From a virus (lineage: Duplodnaviria; Caudoviricetes), in the IMG/VR virus record IMGVR_UViG_3300030450_002767, positions 1 to 50,822 of that record: a DNA stretch of 50,822 bases; one strand, given 5' to 3'. Every line of letters begins with the position of its first letter. The first letter of the stretch is position 1. Below the pieces are notes generated by a model, which did no database searches, was not told where the DNA came from, and worked only from the letters and a program-made list of their open reading frames with translations. Position numbers and translations under genes: made by a program. This document shows positions 36,979 through 47,510 of the stretch, one piece after another.

Positions 36979-37295
36979 TATTTCTTTTTCCTTTTCCAAC
37001 TAAATGGGTTTAAGTTTAATTCCTTTTCAAAGAAGGAAATACGTTCTTCCATCTCTGCTCTTGTTTTTTGTTCTTCAATCATATGCTTATTGACAAGTTC
37101 TTCAATGCTGGTAGAAGCAAGTTCCATTCCTCGCTCAAGTTCTGCAATTCTGTTCGTAATCTGTAAGTATCCATAAATAACACCAGCGATAGCCACAAAC
37201 AACTGCATAAGCCACTTGATATTAATATGGAGGGAAAAATTATCATCAATAACTCCCGCCCTGTAACTACGTGCTGTCTTCGGTTTTTCACTCAC
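36978..37295 (-). CDS. Membrane-anchored coiled-coil protein
   Basis: One TM helix followed by a coiled coil; in the lysis cluster. Confidence 0.7.
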   Translation of the reverse strand: MSEKPKTARSYRAGVIDDNFSLHINIKWLMQLFVAIAGVIYGYLQITNRIAELERGMELASTSIEELVNKHMIEEQKTRAEMEERISFFEKELNLNPFSWKRKKK

Positions 37296-37566
37296 TTTTC
37301 TTTCTTACATCTTCCCAAACATTATGCTTATAGCAATAATTATCCCCGACAACAATCCCCTCCAATACAGATGGTCTATATAAATGTTGAATACTATCCT
37401 GGTCTGTTATGACTAAATACTCAATACTTATAGAGTCTGAAGGGCTTATATCTAAGCCCCCCACCGACCATCCGCTTTTACATCCTGTTACCGTAGTAAT
37501 TATTAAAAGAATAAAAAGAAGAAAACAAAGCCATCCTCCTAAAAGAACGACTTCGCTTTTCTTCAT
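37288..37566 (-). CDS. Putative lipoprotein (o-spanin-like)
   Basis: Signal peptide ending in the lipobox-like VTGC. Confidence 0.6.
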   Translation of the reverse strand: MKKSEVVLLGGWLCFLLFILLIITTVTGCKSGWSVGGLDISPSDSISIEYLVITDQDSIQHLYRPSVLEGIVVGDNYCYKHNVWEDVRKKSE

Positions 37567-37809
37567 TTAAGCCTCTACAGCTTTTTTAACTTCAGCCATC
37601 TCAGCTACTAAAGCAGTCTTGCGGTCAGCAAGTGATTTAGACTGAGCATCAATATTAGCTACTTCAGCTTCCATCTGTCTGTAAGAGACATCTGTTTTCT
37701 GTTTAGCTGGTTGATGTTCTTTTTCAACTATAGCATCTTTCCAAGCGTCTGCTGGTGGAGATGGTTCAGATGGAGAAGAAACAGCTTTTTTTGTGTATTT
37801 ATCAGCCAT
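37567..37809 (-). CDS. Hypothetical coiled-coil protein (possible fibre chaperone)
   Basis: AAAGG SD; directly after the tail fibre. Confidence 0.7.
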   Translation of the reverse strand: MADKYTKKAVSSPSEPSPPADAWKDAIVEKEHQPAKQKTDVSYRQMEAEVANIDAQSKSLADRKTALVAEMAEVKKAVEA

Positions 37810-37862
37810 TTTTATTTACCTTTTTGTTTTGTTATTGTTAATGTCACCATGACAAATTTTAA

Positions 37863-40800
37863 TTATTGTTTAGTCTGTACAATATGAATTTCTGCAACCC
37901 AATGTGTACGATTACTAGCATTATTTTTTACTTGAACTTTTAATGAATTATTTGTGTCATCAGCGACTACAGAACAATTCCAGCCTGAGACACCTTCTTC
38001 CTCACAAGTTGTTGTAGCTCCAACTAGAGTAACTGTATCATTTTCATTTTGCAATGCTCCTTCAAAACTATATCCAGCACTTCTAACTCCATTTTCTATT
38101 TGCCTAGCTACTACATTTACTTTAAAGAACCAAGTTGCATCAGTAGGTATTACCATTCTAGTTGAAGTACCATTTAAAAAGATTTCTTGAGTATTAGCAT
38201 CTGTAGTTATTGCTGTCCCAATATAGTCTATAACCTTTACTGAATCATCTATGTCAGCACCTAAAGCAGTTTCAAGTTTTCCTTTTTCACGATGTACTGA
38301 CGCATCAGTATCATCAATTCTAAGAAAGTTAATAAATGATGCAGTTCCTATAGCAATATCATTTCCAGCGTATTTTGGATAAATACTGCAATCACCACCA
38401 CCATTTGTTCCCAAGCGATAGTTTCTTACTTGTATATCAAATGTACCAGCACCACCAGAATGGACTATATCAGTTGGTAACCCTACAGAACCAGCATTTA
38501 CATAAAATCCTTGATTATGATTAGCTCCTCTTACATCGAACAATCCTCTAGGTGCATTTGTTGTACCATCTGTACCCATTTTAATATTACCATCATCGTA
38601 AATCCTCATTCGTTCAGTATTAGTAGTATGAAATGCTATATCGGCTTTATTATCAGCATCTCCTCTAATTGCAGTAATAGCACCAGCAAGTGTCCCAGCA
38701 ACAGTAAATTGGATATTGGCTATAGTATCATTTTCTGATGGTCTATCTGCCTCCATTGTAAAATAAGTTTGGTGATTAACACTTCCCGATTCTAATTTTA
38801 TTGATGCATGTGCATCTGGACTTTTGACATGCAAATCACAAGCTGGAGTAAGAGTATTTATCCCTACCCTTCTTGTATAACCAGTCCCACCACCTACTTT
38901 TAAAACAGGCTTATCTGTGCCTTGGTCAGCAAAAAAATGTATATCTCTATCGGTAGCACTAGCGTGGTGTATAACATTGGGCCCATACTGAGTCCATTTA
39001 CGAGCATAACCTCTTCCTGAAGAACCACCACCATCATGGAATCCATATATAGCATCAGATACTCGTATAGCACCATCAACATCTAATCTATAATCAATAT
39101 CATCCATCGCTTCAACACCGATGCCAACATTTCCATTACTCTTTATTTTCATCCTCTGAGTAATAGAGGCAGTAGTTCTGAATACTAAATCTCCACTTGC
39201 ACTCCTATTATCAATATATCCAGCATTATCAAAATATAATCCACCACTGGATTCCATAGCATTCCAGTTTTTAAGGAATTGATTGCAAAAATCAATATTT
39301 CCATTATTACTTATTTCTAATCTTTTTTGATTTCCATTTGCCCCAGTCCAAAATCTTATATCACCAGTCATACTCGAGCCACTATAGTAACCAGCAACTA
39401 AATCTATATGTCCCTTTGTAGCATTATCTCCAGTATTCCCACTTGCTACTTTTATATATGCTGAATTAGTAGTATTCACATTTGATGCTGAAAAATGCAT
39501 AGCTCCAGGGTCTGTATTGCCTTGTGCATTTGCACCAAATATTCCTTTAGCTCCATAAGAATCACCTACGATAACATTTCCAGTTTTAACTGAACCAGCA
39601 ACATGAAGGTCTTCTACTGGATTTGTAATAGCTATCCCAACTTTTCCACTTTGATTAATTGTTACTTTTCTACCGCTACCTAAATTATTACTTTGACAAA
39701 TAGCTAAGACATCATTATCACCATCATCAATTCCCATTGCCCAAGTAGTATTACCAGTAGTTCTCCATACTAAATATGGGTCACCATCAGTTGCACTATT
39801 TGAAATCATTAATCCAGTTGTTGCATTAGCACTATTAATGTGAAGATTTTCTTCTGGTGCAGTAATTCCAATACCAATATTACCACCCCAAGGATTTAAA
39901 TTAATAGGTTTCTTCGGTGCCCTATCTGAACTAGTATCAAATCCTTCTAAGAAAGTATAATCTGCATGAGTTCCAAGTTGAAGTTCACTAGCCTCTCTAA
40001 CACTAATCCTTCCCCTAACATCTAACATTGAATCATTACCTGGGTCAGTAGTTCCAATACCAACTTTACCAGCAGAGGTTATTTGCAGTCTATTTGTACC
40101 ACCAGTATAAAATTGAAGAGTATCTGCACCATTCTCTCTGATGAATGTGTTATCTCCACCATCAAAATATAGTGCTTTTGTTGTGGCTAAAGTGATTGGC
40201 TCGGTAAAAGATGCCCACCCATTACTTTGTATAGTCAATCTTGTAGTATCAGAAGTTCCAAATATTAATGAGCCACTTTCTCTGTTATTAAAAACTCCAT
40301 TAACACCATTCACTCCGATAGTTAAACCATCATTACTACCAACACCAGTTGATGAGGTATAAAAATATTGATAAGCGACTGTATTTGTGCTTTGTACTTG
40401 TGATATTGTACCAGTTCCTTTAAGATGGAGTTGTGATGTAGGATTATTTAATCCAATACCTACATGACCATTAGCCTTAATTCGCATTCTCTCATTAGTA
40501 GCATCATCCAACACAGTTGAGAAAGCCATGTATGTATCTACATCAGAGGCAGTCATATGGTCTGCCTCCTTACCTACTGTTATTTTAGATGTACTTGTAC
40601 TAGAATTACTTCCATTATTTAATTGTAAATATATTTCTGATGTTTCATTTATTGAACTTGAGCCACCAGCAGTATTCTTAATAGTTAAACCAGCCATTGC
40701 CCCATCAGTTGACTTATTAATTTCAAGAGGATAGCCTGGACTCATAGTACCAATGCCTAAACCAGTTGCATTAAATTTAAATCTTTGAGTACCAGCAGTT

Positions 40801-43800
40801 CGAATTTCAAAATGCTCACCTACTACATTCATATATGGATAACTACTTCCCGAACCACCAAATAATTGTATTGCATTTGATGTCGGAGCCCCGACTCTTG
40901 AAACTTGCAATGTACCATGTACATCAAGAGCCTCTGCTGGACTTGCGGTGCGAATGCCAATCTTAGACCCACTATTAGTCATAAGAAGTTGTCTAGCATA
41001 AAATCTTGCTATCTCTTCAAGACCAGCACTTCCATTTGAACCAGATATAACTACATCTGAATATTCAGCACCATCTTCAAAATTTCCACAGATACTATGT
41101 ATTTGTGAATATGTATGTGCCTCAGTTCCATTATTCCCTTTAAATTTTATTTTACCTAATGCATTATTATCAACTACAGTTCCTCTGTAAAATGATAAAC
41201 TATCTGAATCGCTAGATACACCAATCTCAAATGTTTCTGATGCATCAAGATTAACACCAATTTTACCATCAGCCCCTATTCTTAATCTATCTCCATTACC
41301 ACCAGCACCTAGAGTGAGCTTTCCAGAGCCTTCTACAAACATTCTTGCATGACCAGCTATATGATACATTGCCAAGTAATTACTTTGACCATCATTCTGT
41401 AACCTTATTTGTGGGGTAGTTCCTCTGATGTGTAAATGACTACCTGGACTTTCAGTATCAATACCTACATTACCACCAGTAAATGTAGCAGAATAATTAT
41501 TATGAGTTCCAGATTTTGTACCACCAGCAATATTCATTGCGACTCTTAAGCCAGTGGTATTAACTGTTGTGCCAGATGAACTATCAGTTGCATCATTAAC
41601 TGCTATATTTACACCTTTTATATGTGCAGTGCCACCAGTTGTAGCTTGAGTTTTATCGTAATCAACAAAAATACCATCACTAGTAATACCAGTTCCAATA
41701 TTCATATTGTGGTCAATATATAGACTTCTTTGAGTACCACTTTTATTTATTTTAATTCCATCCGAGTTTACATTAGTTTCTGTAAGTTCAAGTTTTGCTG
41801 ATGGAATACATGAAATACCTACTCGATTATTAGCTCCACCAACAGACATAACTGTAGTAGCATTAACTCCATCATAAGTTTGAAAACTATGATAGTGAGA
41901 TGTTGTACTTGTTTTATAGAGAGGTTGCCCTTCATTAAATGACATCCATGGTCTTGTAAATCCTCTATTAGAAGTAGCAAAAGAATGTATTGTATTTCTT
42001 ATTCTTATATCACCTTCAACATCTAATTCTTCTCCTGGGTCTGTAACTCCAATCCCAACATTACCAGTTGTTTTAATTCTAAATTTTTCGGCATCTTCTA
42101 TTTCAATAGCGAGGTCTCCATTATTAATTATTTCCCAATCACTTCCACCTCTTCTTAAATGTAATTTTGCCTCATGGCTACCAGCATCTTCATGTATTTT
42201 TATAGAAGTATTTACACCATTGCCATAGACCTCAAGTTGTTCTCCATGTCCACCTGGGGTTACAGTTCCAATGCCAACCCGACCATTATGCCCATCAAAA
42301 GCTATCACTTGTTTCTTTGCACTACCATCATCATTAACAGACTCAAATTTCATTACTTGTGTACTACTATCCAGAATCATATGCATTAACTTTGAATTCG
42401 AACTAGCACCACTAACTCCCCACCATTGTTGAGAAGAACTAGTACCTTCAATTATTAAATGAGGTTCTGCATCTTTTATATGAACTGGCATACCACCTGA
42501 AGTTTTTGATGTCCCAGCTATTGAGGCACCAGCATTAGCCATTAATCCATCTGCAACTATAAGACCTTGATTATTACCAAGATTAAATTGAATATCATAA
42601 CCATCTCTTGGAGTGTGAATAATATTACCATTACCATTATAAGCTATTGTACCTTGATAAGGTTCACCACCTACATAAAACGAACTACTTTGTATTGCAC
42701 CATTACGAACATCAATTTTTGTATTAGCACTATATGTTGCACTTGAGTCACCAATCCCAAGTGTTCCAGCAGTAGTAAGCTTCATTTTTTCAGAACCATT
42801 AGCATAAAAGGTGACTGGATGATTTGAACTTGAACCAAATTGAGCAGATACGCTATTACCTTCTATTGTTGCTTCAGCATAACCAGTCCTTCTTACCTTT
42901 ATTCTACCAGCACCACCATAAGTTTCTATATTTAATTGTGTACTAGATGAGTTAGTTGGGGGATTTCCAGTAGCATCTTTTGTTCCAAGATTTAATGTTG
43001 TTGATGCCATATCTCCCCAAACCTGTGCCTTATGGACTGGATTTGTAATTCCAATTCCGACATTACCAGTTCCCCCATCAATAGTCATTCTTACAGTATT
43101 ATTAGTACCAAAATGTAATTCTTCATCGGCAGTAGTCGTTAAGTATGTATCAAACACTGAAGCACCAGTACACTCTATACCAGTTCCTCTTCCGACTGCT
43201 AATGCAAATCCAGTTTGAGTACCACTAGCCCCACCACGACCTTTTATACCAGAACGCCAATTAGAACCATCTGCATTTTCAAGTGTTAAATCATAAATAC
43301 CATCTTTTTTCAGATGCAATAAACTAGTAGGACTTGTCCCGATTCCAATGTTACCTGATGAATTAATAACCATTCTATCAGTTCCATTGTCTTGAAACCT
43401 ATGTGTAAACCCACCACTTGTGCCTAATGCTTGAAGGTATAGTCCATTACCACTTGATGACCTTAATTCAGATGAAGTTTGTATAATTCCATTTACATGA
43501 AGTTTTTGAAGGGGACTTGTAGTTCCTATTCCAACATTTTGAGAATTATTAATTCTTATTACATCTGTGCTACCAGTTTGAATTTGAATATAAGATGATT
43601 GACCAGTTATTCTTGAACCAGTGCCACCCCAATCGAACCAACTATTTTCAGAAATTCTTACACTGCCATCAACCTGAAGTTTTTCTGCTGGACTCGTAAC
43701 GCCAATACCTAATTTTCCATCTGAGGTAAGTGCGTGTAAATCGGTATTACCATTTCTAATGTAAAGTTTTTGGTCATTATCTGCTCTGAATTGCCACCAA

Positions 43801-45710
43801 TCTTCATTAGCTCCACCAGCATCAGATTTTAGAATAAGTCTTGCATCATAACCACCTGGAGCTTCTACAATAAACTGAGAATCTGCACCACTATTTTTTA
43901 TTAAACCAGTACCTTGAACGTGCAAAGTCGAAGAAGGCGAGGTTGTTCCAATACCAACTCTTTGGTCACTACCATCTAGAGTCATTATTGTATACACACT
44001 ACTAGCTTTTCTAATTGCAAAATGAATGTCTGCTTCAGATACTTGATGAGTAATTGTTTTATTACCAGCAGTTGTAAATTCTATACCACCAGCTACATCC
44101 CACAAACCACCATCACTAGAATCCTCCCAAGCTACTCCAGAGCCAGTTGAAGTCAATACTTGTCCATCTGTGCCTTGACCACCAGCTATTTTTAAATTTG
44201 CTACATCAGCAAAACCAGCTTGATAAGTACTACCATCTAAATGTGCTTTCCATACTGTGGCTTGTGTGCTATTTTGTAATCCAAGAACAATATTAGATGC
44301 ACTACTTGCCCCACCTCGAACCATTAATCCTAATCCATTAGAATGAACATTTATTATTTGACTAGCATAATTACCAGTTGCGTCAGCTTTTACATGAAAT
44401 TGAGTACTTGGTGCATTTGTTCCAACACCGACACCCTCGCTTTTAATTGTCATTTTTTCAGTATTATTAACACCAAAAATAATTTTTGTATTAGTAGTAC
44501 CAGTACCGATTGCTAAACCATTAGCTGAGTCTTGACCTAAGATTTCTGTATATCCACCAAGTTGATGTCCATATCTGGATATTGTTCTTGAAGTACTATG
44601 ATTAACAAACCAACTACTTCCATCATCGCTTGTTAACTGAATATTTGAACCAGCATCAGCATGGTTAGCAGTACTTTCTACTTTTATAGTTGTAAAGTCA
44701 TTTCCAGTTTGTTTTATGTGTAATAATTCATCTGGTGCAGTATTCCCAATCCCGATATTGCCTGAACCTTTTATTGTCATTCTTGTAGAACTACCTTTTG
44801 TTCTAAGGAAAATATCGGCATCATCATTTGTCCATTTATTGTCTATATACATATCGTGACTAGCACCATTATGCCAGATATGTGATGCAGTTGCACCATC
44901 AAGACGAGTTAGTAAAAGACCTGATGAATCCGTATTTGATGCAGACTTTATTTCAAGTAAATTACCACTTCCAAAACCACTGGGGAGTATTGAACCTGGA
45001 TTTGTTGTACCAATTCCAACATAAGGGGAAGTACTACTTGGCTTTCCAATCTGCATAGCCACAGTTCCTCTATGAGAAAATTCATGTCCATCACCAACAC
45101 TAGCATGGTCTTTATATGTAGCTTTTAAATTGTAATAACCTAACTTTAATCTTTCATTATATATATCAATGCCTCTAGTATAAAGCATTCTAAAATCTTT
45201 ATCAGTAGTACTACCTAAATCAATTGTATTATCTGCTGATGGGATTATATGACTTGATGGAGTTATAGTGTCAGAAATAGATAGTCTAGTAGCATTACTA
45301 CCAGCAGTATATGTTTGAAAATCAATCTTACCAGATTCAGAACCACTTTCTACATTTGTAGCTATGGCTTTAATTAAACCAAAAACATTATTACCATCTA
45401 ATTCAGATTCACTAGAATCCCAAACATTACCAGTGAATTCTATTTGACCGATAGCGTCATTATTTGCTGGGGATGGAGAATCTTTTAATAATTCTAATAC
45501 TGAACCAGATGCCCCAGATGATTGAGTTTGGACTGATGTTTTAGTGCCTATAAAGGATGCAACAGTTCCAGAGGTCGTAAATGACCCCCCAGCATCAGTT
45601 GCCCATTCTAATGCTCCACTGCTACCAACCTTTAGCACCTTCCCCGTTGCTGGGGAAGATGCTATGTCACTAGCTGGAGGTATTTCCGTTAAGAGTTTTT
45701 TCCAGCTCAT
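37863..45710 (-). CDS. Long tail fibre / receptor-binding protein (2615 aa)
   Basis: About 20 GNVGIGxxxP..LHV-type repeats; Gly/Ser/Thr/Asn-rich. Confidence 0.9.
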   Translation of the reverse strand: MSWKKLLTEIPPASDIASSPATGKVLKVGSSGALEWATDAGGSFTTSGTVASFIGTKTSVQTQSSGASGSVLELLKDSPSPANNDAIGQIEFTGNVWDSSESELDGNNVFGLIKAIATNVESGSESGKIDFQTYTAGSNATRLSISDTITPSSHIIPSADNTIDLGSTTDKDFRMLYTRGIDIYNERLKLGYYNLKATYKDHASVGDGHEFSHRGTVAMQIGKPSSTSPYVGIGTTNPGSILPSGFGSGNLLEIKSASNTDSSGLLLTRLDGATASHIWHNGASHDMYIDNKWTNDDADIFLRTKGSSTRMTIKGSGNIGIGNTAPDELLHIKQTGNDFTTIKVESTANHADAGSNIQLTSDDGSSWFVNHSTSRTISRYGHQLGGYTEILGQDSANGLAIGTGTTNTKIIFGVNNTEKMTIKSEGVGVGTNAPSTQFHVKADATGNYASQIINVHSNGLGLMVRGGASSASNIVLGLQNSTQATVWKAHLDGSTYQAGFADVANLKIAGGQGTDGQVLTSTGSGVAWEDSSDGGLWDVAGGIEFTTAGNKTITHQVSEADIHFAIRKASSVYTIMTLDGSDQRVGIGTTSPSSTLHVQGTGLIKNSGADSQFIVEAPGGYDARLILKSDAGGANEDWWQFRADNDQKLYIRNGNTDLHALTSDGKLGIGVTSPAEKLQVDGSVRISENSWFDWGGTGSRITGQSSYIQIQTGSTDVIRINNSQNVGIGTTSPLQKLHVNGIIQTSSELRSSSGNGLYLQALGTSGGFTHRFQDNGTDRMVINSSGNIGIGTSPTSLLHLKKDGIYDLTLENADGSNWRSGIKGRGGASGTQTGFALAVGRGTGIECTGASVFDTYLTTTADEELHFGTNNTVRMTIDGGTGNVGIGITNPVHKAQVWGDMASTTLNLGTKDATGNPPTNSSSTQLNIETYGGAGRIKVRRTGYAEATIEGNSVSAQFGSSSNHPVTFYANGSEKMKLTTAGTLGIGDSSATYSANTKIDVRNGAIQSSSFYVGGEPYQGTIAYNGNGNIIHTPRDGYDIQFNLGNNQGLIVADGLMANAGASIAGTSKTSGGMPVHIKDAEPHLIIEGTSSSQQWWGVSGASSNSKLMHMILDSSTQVMKFESVNDDGSAKKQVIAFDGHNGRVGIGTVTPGGHGEQLEVYGNGVNTSIKIHEDAGSHEAKLHLRRGGSDWEIINNGDLAIEIEDAEKFRIKTTGNVGIGVTDPGEELDVEGDIRIRNTIHSFATSNRGFTRPWMSFNEGQPLYKTSTTSHYHSFQTYDGVNATTVMSVGGANNRVGISCIPSAKLELTETNVNSDGIKINKSGTQRSLYIDHNMNIGTGITSDGIFVDYDKTQATTGGTAHIKGVNIAVNDATDSSSGTTVNTTGLRVAMNIAGGTKSGTHNNYSATFTGGNVGIDTESPGSHLHIRGTTPQIRLQNDGQSNYLAMYHIAGHARMFVEGSGKLTLGAGGNGDRLRIGADGKIGVNLDASETFEIGVSSDSDSLSFYRGTVVDNNALGKIKFKGNNGTEAHTYSQIHSICGNFEDGAEYSDVVISGSNGSAGLEEIARFYARQLLMTNSGSKIGIRTASPAEALDVHGTLQVSRVGAPTSNAIQLFGGSGSSYPYMNVVGEHFEIRTAGTQRFKFNATGLGIGTMSPGYPLEINKSTDGAMAGLTIKNTAGGSSSINETSEIYLQLNNGSNSSTSTSKITVGKEADHMTASDVDTYMAFSTVLDDATNERMRIKANGHVGIGLNNPTSQLHLKGTGTISQVQSTNTVAYQYFYTSSTGVGSNDGLTIGVNGVNGVFNNRESGSLIFGTSDTTRLTIQSNGWASFTEPITLATTKALYFDGGDNTFIRENGADTLQFYTGGTNRLQITSAGKVGIGTTDPGNDSMLDVRGRISVREASELQLGTHADYTFLEGFDTSSDRAPKKPINLNPWGGNIGIGITAPEENLHINSANATTGLMISNSATDGDPYLVWRTTGNTTWAMGIDDGDNDVLAICQSNNLGSGRKVTINQSGKVGIAITNPVEDLHVAGSVKTGNVIVGDSYGAKGIFGANAQGNTDPGAMHFSASNVNTTNSAYIKVASGNTGDNATKGHIDLVAGYYSGSSMTGDIRFWTGANGNQKRLEISNNGNIDFCNQFLKNWNAMESSGGLYFDNAGYIDNRSASGDLVFRTTASITQRMKIKSNGNVGIGVEAMDDIDYRLDVDGAIRVSDAIYGFHDGGGSSGRGYARKWTQYGPNVIHHASATDRDIHFFADQGTDKPVLKVGGGTGYTRRVGINTLTPACDLHVKSPDAHASIKLESGSVNHQTYFTMEADRPSENDTIANIQFTVAGTLAGAITAIRGDADNKADIAFHTTNTERMRIYDDGNIKMGTDGTTNAPRGLFDVRGANHNQGFYVNAGSVGLPTDIVHSGGAGTFDIQVRNYRLGTNGGGDCSIYPKYAGNDIAIGTASFINFLRIDDTDASVHREKGKLETALGADIDDSVKVIDYIGTAITTDANTQEIFLNGTSTRMVIPTDATWFFKVNVVARQIENGVRSAGYSFEGALQNENDTVTLVGATTTCEEEGVSGWNCSVVADDTNNSLKVQVKNNASNRTHWVAEIHIVQTKQ

Positions 45711-45713
45711 TTA

Positions 45714-45917
45714 TTAAGCGCTCGCTTGTTTCGAATTCGCTTTATCAGCCTGCTTCTTGTCGCTCTTGTCAGATGCTTTTATCATTTCTTGATAAGAAGC
45801 TCCTAGTTTTTCAAGAACACCTTGTGCAAATGCAGAATCCTTTGCTTGAATCTGCGTATTTGCGATAGCCTGAATTACGAACTCCATTTCCTGTTGAGTT
45901 AGCTTATTCATGTGCAT
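45714..45917 (-). CDS. Small hypothetical protein (tail region)
   Basis: AAGGAG SD; 67 aa. Confidence 0.75.
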   Translation of the reverse strand: MHMNKLTQQEMEFVIQAIANTQIQAKDSAFAQGVLEKLGASYQEMIKASDKSDKKQADKANSKQASA

Positions 45918-45932
45918 TCTCCTTTATTGTGA

Positions 45933-46634
45933 TTATGGTTGCCATATACGAAAGGCACCTATTGTACTATCAAATGCAATTTCACCAGATGTTCCAGTGA
46001 GAGCATTTAATTCTGTTGTAGTTTTTGCTTTATATTTGACTGTACCACTAGACTTTACTTCCAATTTAGTATCGCCAGCTTTGTCTTTAATTGTTGTTGC
46101 CCCATCTTCTTTAACTTCTAGTATTTCTTTATCATTAGAATCATCGCCCACAACCGTTAATGCTATCTTATTATCAGTATTAGTTTTTGTTAATTTAACT
46201 TTAGGCGCATCTGTTACTGTAGATGTCACAGCTCCAGAACTGCTTTTTACTTCATTGCAAACAATATCACCATCTGTTGATATATCTCCGTTTGTTGCCA
46301 ATGTAACTCCAGTGCTACCAAAACCGCCTCCTACTGTCGCACTGCCAGATATCGCTAATGAATTACCGCTAATTAAATCAGTAACAGTTAAATCATCACC
46401 AACTGTTAAATCGCCAGTAAGTGTTGCATCAATACTGTTAAGAGTACCAGCTATTTCTAAAGTTTTACCCGAAGGTATTTTTAATGTTGTGGTAGAAAGT
46501 TGTATTGCTGTTGCTACCCCTTCTCCATCAGAAACTGTTTTTAAAGAAGATTCTATACCTTGGTTATCTGTCCCAGAGTTGACTGTTAAGATATCCTTAT
46601 AAGTATTTTTAATTTGCTTTCCTGCTAATGCCAT
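45933..46634 (-). CDS. Short tail fibre / fibre-attachment protein
   Basis: N-terminal LAGKQIKNTYKDIL; GDLTV beta repeats. Confidence 0.7.
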   Translation of the reverse strand: MALAGKQIKNTYKDILTVNSGTDNQGIESSLKTVSDGEGVATAIQLSTTTLKIPSGKTLEIAGTLNSIDATLTGDLTVGDDLTVTDLISGNSLAISGSATVGGGFGSTGVTLATNGDISTDGDIVCNEVKSSSGAVTSTVTDAPKVKLTKTNTDNKIALTVVGDDSNDKEILEVKEDGATTIKDKAGDTKLEVKSSGTVKYKAKTTTELNALTGTSGEIAFDSTIGAFRIWQP

Positions 46635-46816
46635 TATATTGCTCTCAAGTTTGAACTTTGTTGATTATCAGATTTTAAACTAGACTGACCAGTGTTTATT
46701 TTTTTAACTACACCTATAGTTAATCCTTGATATCCTTGGGCATTGCCCCATTTAGAATTAGCTAATTCCCATTTATTTTCTCCATACTGATGTATACTAG
46801 CGGGTCTTATATCCAT
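46634..46816 (-). CDS. Small hypothetical structural protein
   Basis: TAATG-coupled at both ends; 60 aa. Confidence 0.7.
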   Translation of the reverse strand: MDIRPASIHQYGENKWELANSKWGNAQGYQGLTIGVVKKINTGQSSLKSDNQQSSNLRAI

Positions 46817-47199
46817 TATAATTCCGCACCCATTATGACAACAGAACTTTCTTCTGATTTATGTGAATTAGCCTCTTTCTTTCCTTCTGCACACGCCATT
46901 TCAAATTTTCCAAGAAAGTACTGAGCTTGTTTTATATCTCCTAATTTTTCATAACCATGAGCTATGGCTTTATAACAAAGAGCCTCATGGAATTCAACAG
47001 GGATGTTAGGTGACTCACTCATTCCAATCTCAACCTTAACATTATTTGTATTCTCAGCTCCAGTAGTAGCACCAACAAATGGGGAATCATGCCTTGAAGC
47101 ATGAATTGTTAAAGTTCCCGCTGTTGGCCCAGTTAAATTTCCATTGCTCTCATCTGCAACAGCAAGAGCATCTTTATCTAGCCAATATACCTTTGCCAT
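46816..47199 (-). CDS. Head-tail adaptor-like protein (C-terminal-half type)
   Basis: PNIPVEFHEALCYKAI...AQYFLGKF motif of podovirus adaptor C-termini. Confidence 0.65.
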   Translation of the reverse strand: MAKVYWLDKDALAVADESNGNLTGPTAGTLTIHASRHDSPFVGATTGAENTNNVKVEIGMSESPNIPVEFHEALCYKAIAHGYEKLGDIKQAQYFLGKFEMACAEGKKEANSHKSEESSVVIMGAEL

Positions 47200-47510
47200 T
47201 ATACTGCATCCTTTTCTGGAACGCTTTGAAGTCTTTTTATCCTATTATCATCAAAATAAACGATATTAATTGACACAATTTCATCATCTATCTGATACCA
47301 TCTTGTATTAGCAGTAATTGCTTTAGTAAAGACTCCTCTTAAAATTTTTGTTTTCTTTGTGAATTCTCTCAGCGCTTGATTTAAATAAACTCTTGCTTCA
47401 TTCTCTAACATAGCTGGATGATGCGTTCTTATTAATTCTATCATCTGCTCTTGAGTTAAGCCGTATCCATAATCAGGAGAATTAGTTGTAGTAAAAGGTA
47501 TTTGTGCCAT
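47199..47510 (-). CDS. Head-tail adaptor-like protein (N-terminal-half type)
   Basis: YLNQALREFTKKT...TRWYQI motif of adaptor N-termini. Confidence 0.6.
   Translation of the reverse strand: MAQIPFTTTNSPDYGYGLTQEQMIELIRTHHPAMLENEARVYLNQALREFTKKTKILRGVFTKAITANTRWYQIDDEIVSINIVYFDDNRIKRLQSVPEKDAV

Noticed and set aside
37863-45710. Diversity-generating retroelement acting on the tail fibre
   Set aside because: No reverse transcriptase gene and no near-identical template/variable repeat pair seen
45910-46602. 230-aa plus-strand ORF and similar antisense ORFs (1367-1705, 13352-13762, 13809-14183, 29506-30623, 35360-35825, 48488-48824)
   Set aside because: Shadow frames opposite well-supported genes; no SD or recognisable motifs
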